A DNA stretch of 64,000 nucleotides from Candidatus Pacearchaeota archaeon (GTDB taxonomy: Archaea > Nanobdellota > Nanobdellia > UBA10117 > JAFCGA01), in assembly GCA_017608345.1 (NCBI GenBank), contig JAFCGA010000002.1, positions 79,023-143,022 on the forward strand, written 5' to 3'. The stretch's first letter is position 1. Each line of letters starts with the position of its first letter. Positions 47,827 to 56,254 of the stretch are shown one piece after another. Under the pieces are notes generated by a model, which saw nothing but the letters and a program-made list of their open reading frames with translations, did not search any database and was not told the origin of the DNA. Both the position numbers and the translations under genes were made by a program.

Positions 47827-48204
47827 ATGGTAGTTGAAATAGGTAGATTATGTATAAAGATCGCTGGCAGAGACGCTGGCAAGGAATGTTTAATTATAGA
47901 TAAAGTTAAGGAAAATTTTGTTCTCATTGACGGAAACACTAGACGCAGAACGTGTAATATTCGTCATTTAGAATTCTTGCCGCAGATAGCTAAGATCAAG
48001 AAAGGAGCTTCGCATGATGAAGTTATGAAAGCTCTCGCGGATTTAGGAATAAAAGCTAAGGCTCGATCTGAATATAAGAAGAAAGAGAAATCTCCTAAAG
48101 CGCAAAAAACCGAGAAAAAGAAAGTATTCTCTCTTAAGAAGAACAAGCCTGAAGCTAAGAAAGAAGACGCTCCTAAGGCGGAAAAGAAGGTTGCTAAAAA
48201 GTAG
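47827..48204 (+). CDS. rpl14e: 50S ribosomal protein L14e with a K-rich tail
   Basis: MVVEIGRLCIKIAGRDAGKECLIID.. Confidence 0.9.
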   Translation: MVVEIGRLCIKIAGRDAGKECLIIDKVKENFVLIDGNTRRRTCNIRHLEFLPQIAKIKKGASHDEVMKALADLGIKAKARSEYKKKEKSPKAQKTEKKKVFSLKKNKPEAKKEDAPKAEKKVAKK

Positions 48205-48243
48205 CCCTAAAAACTTAAATACCAGCAGCAGTTTTATTCTTGC

Positions 48244-51200
48244 ATGAGTACTCACATTAGCCAGCTACAAGTAAAACGATTCAAATCTTTTAATAAACCC
48301 GTAAGACTCACTTTTAATCCAGGATTATCAGTAATTGTTGGACCAAATGGTTCTGGGAAATCTAACTTGCTTGACGCACTCTGTTTTTCTTTAGGCAGAT
48401 TATCAACAAAGAGCATCCGAGCAGATAATTATTCTGATCTGTTACACCGAAATAAGAAGAATGAGATTCTTGGAGAAGGTTACGTAGCGTTCTCTCTAGA
48501 TAATTCATCGAAAATATTCCCGGTAAACACGCCGAAATTAGATATAATCCGGGAGATTAACAAATCCGGGCAGATTGTATATCGAATAAATAGAAAGCGA
48601 GCAACTAGACAGCAAGTCTTAGAGATTCTCTCAATGTCAAAAGTGACGCCGGAGGGGCATAATATAATCTTGCAGGGAGATGTATCTCGCTTTATTACTA
48701 TGTCTCCGATGGAGAAGCGAAAGATAATTGAGGAGATTGCTGGAATTGGTGCATATGAATCTAAAAAAGACGCAGCGCTTAAGCACCTCGAAAAAGTCGA
48801 CAAACGGCTAAACGATGCTCAAATAGTTCTTACTGAGAAGCGCACGTATTTAGAGGGACTAGAAGCTGAGAAAAAGCAGGCGGAAAGATTCAAGTCTTAT
48901 CAGACAGAACAGCTTAGTTCAAAAGCTACTGAACTACGAATGAAGCTAGCTTCAGTTAATCAGCGCAAGGATACGCTAGAAACTAAATTTAGACGGATAC
49001 AAGATGCTGATAAGAAAGCAGAGAAGATTCTTAAGATATCTGAAAAAAAGATCGAGACAATTAGATCGAGGATGTCTATAATTGAGAAGCAAATCGAAAA
49101 GAAAGGCGGAGAAGATCAGCTAGCACTGCAGAAGACAGTAGAGAATCTAAGAATAACTCTTGAGAATAGTAAAAACTTAGTTCAGAGCTCTAATAATGAG
49201 ATACGGAGAATTGAGAATCGAAAAGCTCAGCTTCAGGATAGTCTGAAAGATATTGAGATAAAGATTGCAGAAAAGACTAGAGAGAAGCAGAAATTAGCTA
49301 GCGAAGTAGCTGAGATTAAATCGAGAGAATCTGAGCTGAAGAAAGTATCTCTTGGGGCTGTTAAAAACATTCGGGATTTTGAAATTAAAGCAGAAAAGGC
49401 AGAAATCGCAGTTCTGGAATTAAATAGTCAGAGGGAGGCAGTAAAAGGGTTGCTCCAAAAGACCGAGAGCGATTTGCAAATTGTAGAGTATCGGCTTAAT
49501 GAATTTGGAAATAAGTTCGCAGAGGCTAAGGAAGTACAATCTAAGATTTTTAAAATAAGCAAGGATAAAGAGCAATATAAGAAATTAATACAGCAAGTCA
49601 ATGAGTTTTCTACTAAAAGTTCAGAAATCGGAGCAGAGATCGATGAATTATATAATCAGCAAGTTAATCTAAAGGAAGAGCTAGCTAGAATTCGGATAGC
49701 TGCGACAGCTACTCAAGATATTTTGCAGAGAGACCGAGCAATTAGTACAATTATCAAGTCTAATACTGTAGGAGTTTCCGGAACTGTAGCAGAACTAGGA
49801 AAGGTTGATTCTAAGTATTCAAAAGCACTTCAGGTAGCTGCTGGAGGTAGAATGAAGAATATCGTAGTCAGAGATCCGAATGTTGCTATTCGATGTTTAA
49901 GTTTACTGAAAGAAAGCAGGGCAGGAACAGCAACCTTCTTACCACTTTCTAATCTGAATGTGTCTCCAGTGTCTCAATTTGTGCGAAGTGCAGTTAGTGC
50001 TAAGGGAGTTATAGGTCTAGCAAAGAATTTGGTTTCCTGCGATGCGCGGTTTAGGAAAATATTTGATTATGTTTTTAGAAATACGCTAATTATCGAGGAC
50101 ACAAATACTGCTAAGCGACTTGGTATCAGTAAATTCAGTATGGTTACTCTGGACGGAGATGTTTTTAGCACATCTGGAGCAATTACTGGCGGATATAGGC
50201 GGAGTTTTGGTTTAAGTTTCGGTGAAAAAGCAGCACATAGAAAGCTAGATAATAAGATTGACGAACTTTCTAAGTTGAAGAAAGAAATAGCTGCTAGAGA
50301 AAAAGAGCGTGCGGAGATTGAGAAAAATTTAATGCAGTTCAGTAGAGCAAAAGCAGAGCTCGAGGGAACGATTGCTGCTACAAAAGATCTTTCTGTAGAT
50401 GTTGGTGCACTAACAAAGGAGCAGCGAACGCTATTGCAACAGAAGCGGGATCTAGATTCTCAAAAAAAGAAACTTGAGAAAGAGTTGACGTCGCTAGAAG
50501 ATAAAATAACTAAAACAAAAATAGAAAAGAATGCACTGAAATCCAAAGTTCAGTCCATAAAGTTTGGAAAGCAAAAGCAAGAATTGAGTACATTAGAATC
50601 TAAGCGAAGTTTGCTAGAGAGCCAGAACGCCGCAGTTAAAGCTACTCTTGAAAATGCCTTGCTGCCCGAACAGAGGAATATTCTGAAAGTTCTGATGAGT
50701 TTGGAAAAAGAAAAGAGAGAATTTAATGTACAGATAAAATCTGAGGAAACCAATGCGACCCGGCTTCAGCGAGACCTAGCCAAACAAGAAAAAGCTGAAA
50801 AAGACTTTTTTGGAGCGCTAAAGGAGTTGTTTAGCAAGAAGAATCAGTTCTTCGAAATTGTCAAGCAAGAGGAAGATGTTCTTGCCAGATTAAGACAAAG
50901 TCAGATTGAAGAAAATGAAGAGCGCAACAGTATTTCTATTGCCACAGCTCGTCTGGAAGCAGAACATGCTGCGCTAAAAGAAGAATTAGAGCCAGTTAAG
51001 AAAGCAAATGTCTTGCCTTATTTAAAGACTATAACTGCTGCTAGAGCTAAGCAAGAGGAATTGAGTCGAAAGATTGAAGAAATGGGCAATGTAAACATGC
51101 GAGCGCTGGAAGTCTATAATGAAATTAAGGTTGAATTCGATAAGCTGACTTCTAGAGTTTCTATATTAAGCCGAGAAAAAGAAGACATTCACTCAGTTAT

Positions 51201-51672
51201 CAACAAGATCGAGTACAAGAAGAGATCATCTTTCTTAGAGACGTTTAATGGAATAGCAAAGAATTTCCAAGGGATCTTTGAAAAAGTTTCAGATAAAATG
51301 AATGGCGAAATATTACTTGAGAAACCTCAGACTCCGTTGGAAGGTGGAGTGATAGTTAAGATCACAAACGATAAGGGTCGGCATATGTCTCTAGCGTCTT
51401 TGTCTGGTGGAGAGAAAGTTTTAGTTGCTCTGGCGTTTATATTCTCGATTCAAGAGCATGAGCCAGCACCGTTTTATCTTTTAGACGAAATCGATGCTGC
51501 ATTAGACGGAGTTAATTCAGAAAAGGTTGCGGCATTATTGCAGGAGTATTCCCAAAAAGCACAGGTTATTATAGTTAGCCATAATGATGCAATTATTTCC
51601 GCGGCAGATCAAATTTATGGTGTTTGGAGAGATAAGGAAGGAGAGAGCTATATTAATTCGCTTAAGATATAA
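48244..51672 (+). CDS. smc: Chromosome segregation protein SMC
   Basis: Walker A GPNGSGKSN, a hinge, long coiled coils, signature LSGGEK and Walker B FYLLDEIDAALD. Confidence 0.95.
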   Translation: MSTHISQLQVKRFKSFNKPVRLTFNPGLSVIVGPNGSGKSNLLDALCFSLGRLSTKSIRADNYSDLLHRNKKNEILGEGYVAFSLDNSSKIFPVNTPKLDIIREINKSGQIVYRINRKRATRQQVLEILSMSKVTPEGHNIILQGDVSRFITMSPMEKRKIIEEIAGIGAYESKKDAALKHLEKVDKRLNDAQIVLTEKRTYLEGLEAEKKQAERFKSYQTEQLSSKATELRMKLASVNQRKDTLETKFRRIQDADKKAEKILKISEKKIETIRSRMSIIEKQIEKKGGEDQLALQKTVENLRITLENSKNLVQSSNNEIRRIENRKAQLQDSLKDIEIKIAEKTREKQKLASEVAEIKSRESELKKVSLGAVKNIRDFEIKAEKAEIAVLELNSQREAVKGLLQKTESDLQIVEYRLNEFGNKFAEAKEVQSKIFKISKDKEQYKKLIQQVNEFSTKSSEIGAEIDELYNQQVNLKEELARIRIAATATQDILQRDRAISTIIKSNTVGVSGTVAELGKVDSKYSKALQVAAGGRMKNIVVRDPNVAIRCLSLLKESRAGTATFLPLSNLNVSPVSQFVRSAVSAKGVIGLAKNLVSCDARFRKIFDYVFRNTLIIEDTNTAKRLGISKFSMVTLDGDVFSTSGAITGGYRRSFGLSFGEKAAHRKLDNKIDELSKLKKEIAAREKERAEIEKNLMQFSRAKAELEGTIAATKDLSVDVGALTKEQRTLLQQKRDLDSQKKKLEKELTSLEDKITKTKIEKNALKSKVQSIKFGKQKQELSTLESKRSLLESQNAAVKATLENALLPEQRNILKVLMSLEKEKREFNVQIKSEETNATRLQRDLAKQEKAEKDFFGALKELFSKKNQFFEIVKQEEDVLARLRQSQIEENEERNSISIATARLEAEHAALKEELEPVKKANVLPYLKTITAARAKQEELSRKIEEMGNVNMRALEVYNEIKVEFDKLTSRVSILSREKEDIHSVINKIEYKKRSSFLETFNGIAKNFQGIFEKVSDKMNGEILLEKPQTPLEGGVIVKITNDKGRHMSLASLSGGEKVLVALAFIFSIQEHEPAPFYLLDEIDAALDGVNSEKVAALLQEYSQKAQVIIVSHNDAIISAADQIYGVWRDKEGESYINSLKI

Positions 51673-52577
51673 TGAAAGTTATTGTTAGTAGATACGCAGA
51701 ACATGTTGGATTAAAACTTGCAAGTGCACCGTATAATTTAGAAATCTTGCTTACAGGTAGGAATAAAGAGAAAAAAAGAGATTTTCCAGATGGAGACCCG
51801 TTTATTCAATTATTACCTCAAAATGTAGACTTAAGAGATAATTCAGCAATAGATAAGGCATTAACACAGCAATTAGAAGATGAAGATATAAAGATTTTGA
51901 CCTCTGGGCAGCCAAGAGGTATGTTTTGCATATATGAATCCGAAGCGCTAGTCGATCTTGCTGAAAGATATAATGCTCGGAGCGTTGAAATATTCTTTAT
52001 GTATTTTCCAATGAGTATGGCAGATGCTGAATTCAAACCCGGTATAAGCAATCTTGCGAGAAAGAATTGCGAGAGATTTAAAGATTATCAAATGTATACT
52101 ATCGCTCCGCATTTTGGTAATAAATCATGGGTTTCAGAGTATCGTTTAGAAGCGATATCTGCTGAGCAATTAATTATTAACGAGATAAATAAGCACTTTG
52201 ATTATTCGCAGTATGTTCCTGTTGCTTGTGATGTTGGAGAAGAAGAACGAACGGGAATTCCGGGCTTTTATAAAAAACGCATAGATTCTAATAATGTAAT
52301 AGTTGAAGCAAGCCCTGAGCTCATCAAGAGAATGAGCGGTAATCGTGTCGCGTTAAGGGATGATATAATTGAAACGGGCAATACTGCTTATACTTGTGGT
52401 AAAGTTGCTAAAGAATATGCTTCTGAAGTGATATTTATAGCAACACATGCAGTTATGTCTGAGGGAGTTAGTTTAGTGAGGTCTATTTTTGATGAGGTTT
52501 ACTTTACAAATACAATTGCTAGACGAGATGCGAATGTGGATATAACTCCCGTAGTGTATGAAGTGTTTACAAGATGA
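51672..52577 (+). CDS. Divergent ribose-phosphate pyrophosphokinase-like (PRTase fold) protein
   Basis: FPDGDPFIQL and LRDDIIETGNTAYTCG..FIATHAV. The start overlaps the smc stop (TAATG). Confidence 0.55.
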   Translation: MKVIVSRYAEHVGLKLASAPYNLEILLTGRNKEKKRDFPDGDPFIQLLPQNVDLRDNSAIDKALTQQLEDEDIKILTSGQPRGMFCIYESEALVDLAERYNARSVEIFFMYFPMSMADAEFKPGISNLARKNCERFKDYQMYTIAPHFGNKSWVSEYRLEAISAEQLIINEINKHFDYSQYVPVACDVGEEERTGIPGFYKKRIDSNNVIVEASPELIKRMSGNRVALRDDIIETGNTAYTCGKVAKEYASEVIFIATHAVMSEGVSLVRSIFDEVYFTNTIARRDANVDITPVVYEVFTR

Positions 52578-52669
52578 TAATATGAAAATACAACGGCTCA
52601 AATGAAACAAGAATTATATTTAACGCATCTGGAGTCAGGGCTAAATGCCTTTCTCTTTTGGATGCCTAG

Positions 52670-52693
52670 TTTTCTCTTTCGCGAAAGAGAAAA
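52670..52693 (+). promoter_or_regulatory. Perfect 24-nt palindrome TTTTCTCTTTCGCGAAAGAGAAAA abutting the scpA ATG
   Basis: 12-bp stem. It has the same arm sequence type as the tRNA/rRNA insertion hairpins. Confidence 0.5.
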
Positions 52694-53458
52694 ATGGCGA
52701 TGACAAAACAACTATACGAAGCAATCTTTGATGAGAACAATATCAAATGGCGGTCTCTAATTTATGAGATGGTTAGATCTGGGAAGATAGACCCGTGGGA
52801 TATTGATCTGACGCACTTTACTAAAGAGTATATGAATATGATCCATAAACTAAAAGAGCTGAACTTTAGAGTTTCTGGAAAAGTTGTGCTTGCTGCAGCT
52901 ATTCTTCTTAAGTTAAAGACTAACGGTCTCCGACTAAACGAATTTTTGTCTATGACTGAAGAAGAGCCAGACTATGCAATTGATGTCGAAGAAGATGAGG
53001 AACAATTTATGGACGAAGATGAGCAAAAGCTGGTGAAGCTAGCTAAACATATTGAACATAACAAAAAGAAAGAGTACAAGCTCGAGCCGAACATTTACGG
53101 AGAGCGAACTCGGAAGGTTACTGTTTTTGAATTAGTTGGCGCGCTTAAGAAAGCTCTTGAGGTTGACGAGCGAAGAAAAACTCGAGAAATTGAGCAGGTC
53201 GAAGCGCCAAAACTTATGCAATACAAAGTCAAGATGGTCGATATTGTTGAGAAGATGATTGAAGTTTTTGAAAGGTTAAGTAATCACCTATTAAAGCACC
53301 GCAGGAACAGGGTCCATTTTAGTAAAATAGTTCCTAGTGAAGAAAAGAAGGATCGGATTTGGACCTTTGTTCCGCTTTTACATTTAGCTAATGATGGTAA
53401 AGTCTTCTTACATCAAGATAAACCTTTTGGAGATTTGTTTGTGGAGGTGAAGACGTGA
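52694..53458 (+). CDS. scpA: Segregation and condensation protein A (kleisin)
   Basis: ..KIDPWDIDL...; position after smc and overlap with scpB. Confidence 0.8.
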   Translation: MAMTKQLYEAIFDENNIKWRSLIYEMVRSGKIDPWDIDLTHFTKEYMNMIHKLKELNFRVSGKVVLAAAILLKLKTNGLRLNEFLSMTEEEPDYAIDVEEDEEQFMDEDEQKLVKLAKHIEHNKKKEYKLEPNIYGERTRKVTVFELVGALKKALEVDERRKTREIEQVEAPKLMQYKVKMVDIVEKMIEVFERLSNHLLKHRRNRVHFSKIVPSEEKKDRIWTFVPLLHLANDGKVFLHQDKPFGDLFVEVKT

Positions 53459-53937
53459 GAGAACTAAAATCCAAACTCGAAGCAATCCTTTTCTGCTCTC
53501 CGCAGGGAGTGGAGCTAGCCAAGCTAGCCAAGCTCTGCGGGATTGGAGCAAAGGGGCACGTTAAGGCAGTTCTTAATTCAATTAAAGAAGATCTAGAAAA
53601 ACGCGAAGCTGGAATTAAGCTAATTCGAAACGAAAACGTTTGGAGATTTAGAGTTAGGGATGAGCACGTCGGATTAGTTACAGAATCTGCAAAGCCAGAA
53701 ATTGACAAGGCGATTCTGCAAACTTTAGCATTTATAGCTCATAAGGGATCTGCTCGTCAGTCAGATGTGGTTAAGCTTAGAAGCAATAAGGCATATGATC
53801 ATATTAAACAACTAGTTGACCTCGGTTTTGTCGAAGCTAAGAAAAAAGGAACTACTAAGCTGATTGCTCCGACGAAGAAGTTTTATAAATACTTTAATCT
53901 TAATGAGAATGAAGTTCTCGAAGTTGAAGGAGCATAA
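53455..53937 (+). CDS. scpB: Segregation and condensation protein B
   Basis: LEAILFCSPQGV..; tandem winged-helix pattern. Confidence 0.8.
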   Translation: MRELKSKLEAILFCSPQGVELAKLAKLCGIGAKGHVKAVLNSIKEDLEKREAGIKLIRNENVWRFRVRDEHVGLVTESAKPEIDKAILQTLAFIAHKGSARQSDVVKLRSNKAYDHIKQLVDLGFVEAKKKGTTKLIAPTKKFYKYFNLNENEVLEVEGA

Positions 53938-53973
53938 CCAAAGAAATAAATACTGTAAATCTATTAGTCTTTT

Positions 53974-56091
53974 ATGACAAACTTGCAACGCAGTCATATT
54001 CTTACTTTTGTTCTAATTAGCGTAATTGCTATAATTTCTTTTTCTCTTATTTATCATATTGCTAATCCTCCGATTGTAGTTTATCCAAGAGTAACTGGCA
54101 TGTCAACCGGACAAAGATTTCGAGTAATGGCTGCCGGAACCTTTACAGATACGTCTACAGCGGACTTTGATGCCGGGAATAAGACGGATAATAGTGATGG
54201 GAATTATCAGATTGAGACAAATACGGATAATCCAACTAAGGCAGTAGATAGTTTGTCTTTGTGCGATCGTTATGGATATAATTTTAACAAGCCACACGTT
54301 GATTCGGATATTTGGAAGTTCAACTATCGAACGGTAACTGGAGCACCGACCACAGATGACATTGATACTACTGCTAATGATGAATTATACTTTCTTGGTG
54401 GTGGAGGAGATCAAACTGCGTTTTGGTTCGGAACAACCGATGGCACGGATTATTTGTTTGGTGGAGACTTTTCGATTACAACCAAATTCAAACATCAGGT
54501 CGGTGCAGCAGCGGGAGATAGTATAATTGTTGGAGTATACGCTAATAGTGCAAGCAATCCAGGGTCAAACTACGTTAATCACCCGAAGCGAAGATTGGCT
54601 GAACCGGAACGATTTAGACCGCAATATTCAATAAACGGTGTTGTGACAGGTCATGCAATATCTAATAGTGTTGATACTGATTTTACAATGCGTATAAATC
54701 GCGTTGGTGTATCTACGACCGCAGACATCGATTTAGCTGGTGGTGAAACTTGGACTGCGTTAGGTGGAGCATTTAACTGGCAGGGCGCTGATGTCAACGT
54801 TAGATTTAATTTAAGAAAGGGTCTTGCTGGCGATCATTTTCGATCTGTAGAATATTATAAAATAACTTGTGATTCAGTAGACTCGTCGATTGATATGTAT
54901 CGAACAACCGGAAACTTCACCTCCCAAACCCACAACATCTCCCAAGCAATCTCAATCTCCGAGCTAAGATTCAACTCAACAATCCCAAAAGCTACAGACA
55001 ATATCTCAAAAATAGAACTCTACGGCAGCGATACCAATGACACAAGCGCTGCCGCACTAGTAGACGCCTTCGTAAACGGTACCGATTTCACCATAACGTC
55101 GGGAGAATCCCAAACACTCCATACTATAACAGATTCCAACATAGCCAACGACGCATATCAATTCTGGTGGTACAAATTCACACTCGCAGGAGCAGGAAAC
55201 AGCAGCCCAATTATCTACGACGTAGCGATGGACTATGACACCAACGACGCAACAGCACCAGCAATAATATTACTAAGCCCAACGAACAACTCAATCTTAA
55301 CCACTTCAATCCTAAACATCACCGGCACAGCCAGCGACACAAAGCCAGACTCAATCACAACAAATTCCCCATACTTCGCAACAAACTCCGGAAATTTCAC
55401 CAACTGGAACTTCACAAACACATCGCTAGCAGACGGAACCTACACAATAATAATCTCAGCTAATGACTCTTTCGGAAATACCAACTCAACAAGCATAACT
55501 TTCACAATAAACACCTCCGCACCAACAATCACTCTCTCAGAACCAGTAGACCTAACAATCGGCACATCTTCAACAGCAGTATTCACTTACACCCCAAACT
55601 CCGCAGGAACAATCAGCGATTGCTCCCTAATAATCGATAATAATATCGAGCAAACAGACGCATCTATTACCAAAGGAACTGAACAATCTTTCACACAAAC
55701 AGGTCTATTCGACGCTAAGACTTACATCTGGAGCATCAATTGCACTGACGCAACCGGCGCTACAACTGCCTCCAGCTCAAGAACTCTAAGGATTAGCATA
55801 CCTTCTGAAGCAACCACCGTCCGCCGAACTGGAGGAGCCCCAGCAACTACACCAACCGAAGCACCAACCCAAAAGCCAACAACTTCCTTTAGGCAGCCAG
55901 CTCCAACAAGAAGCGAACCAGCAAAGGAACAGCTAGAAGGTCAAGCAGGGGAAGCAGTATTTGGTACCGTCAGCCGCTCTGAAAAATCAAGTCCAAGCTC
56001 AACGCAAATAGCTATTCTTACTGGAATAATAGCAGTATTTACTCTTGTGTGTCTACAAGGAATCAAACCACTTCTATTAAACACCAAATAA
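53974..56091 (+). CDS. Large surface (S-layer/adhesin-like) protein: N-terminal signal anchor, Thr/Pro-rich stalk, C-terminal TM anchor
   Basis: 705 aa with many N-x-S/T sequons, a PTEAPTQKPTT linker and the terminal helix IAILTGIIAVFTLVCL. Confidence 0.7.
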   Translation: MTNLQRSHILTFVLISVIAIISFSLIYHIANPPIVVYPRVTGMSTGQRFRVMAAGTFTDTSTADFDAGNKTDNSDGNYQIETNTDNPTKAVDSLSLCDRYGYNFNKPHVDSDIWKFNYRTVTGAPTTDDIDTTANDELYFLGGGGDQTAFWFGTTDGTDYLFGGDFSITTKFKHQVGAAAGDSIIVGVYANSASNPGSNYVNHPKRRLAEPERFRPQYSINGVVTGHAISNSVDTDFTMRINRVGVSTTADIDLAGGETWTALGGAFNWQGADVNVRFNLRKGLAGDHFRSVEYYKITCDSVDSSIDMYRTTGNFTSQTHNISQAISISELRFNSTIPKATDNISKIELYGSDTNDTSAAALVDAFVNGTDFTITSGESQTLHTITDSNIANDAYQFWWYKFTLAGAGNSSPIIYDVAMDYDTNDATAPAIILLSPTNNSILTTSILNITGTASDTKPDSITTNSPYFATNSGNFTNWNFTNTSLADGTYTIIISANDSFGNTNSTSITFTINTSAPTITLSEPVDLTIGTSSTAVFTYTPNSAGTISDCSLIIDNNIEQTDASITKGTEQSFTQTGLFDAKTYIWSINCTDATGATTASSSRTLRISIPSEATTVRRTGGAPATTPTEAPTQKPTTSFRQPAPTRSEPAKEQLEGQAGEAVFGTVSRSEKSSPSSTQIAILTGIIAVFTLVCLQGIKPLLLNTK

Positions 56092-56131
56092 AACATCTTA
56101 AATATTTTAGCTGCTTTCTATTTATTGTGTT

Positions 56132-56171
56132 ACACGTCAGAAAGCCACGAAATTGGTTACTTTCCTCGTGT
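56132..56171 (+). ncRNA. Second copy of the 40-nt hairpin (ACACGTCAGAAAGCCACGAAATTGGTTACTTTCCTCGTGT)
   Basis: It aligns without gaps to 29979-30018. Differences keep or wobble the pairing (ACCA/TGGT becomes GCCA/TGGT). Confidence 0.55.
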
Positions 56172-56254
56172 TTCACCAGAGAAAACTCAGAGAGTTTTCT
56201 TGGCCAAGAGAATTTCAATGAAATTCTCTCTGGTTTCACCCAAGGTGAAACGAA

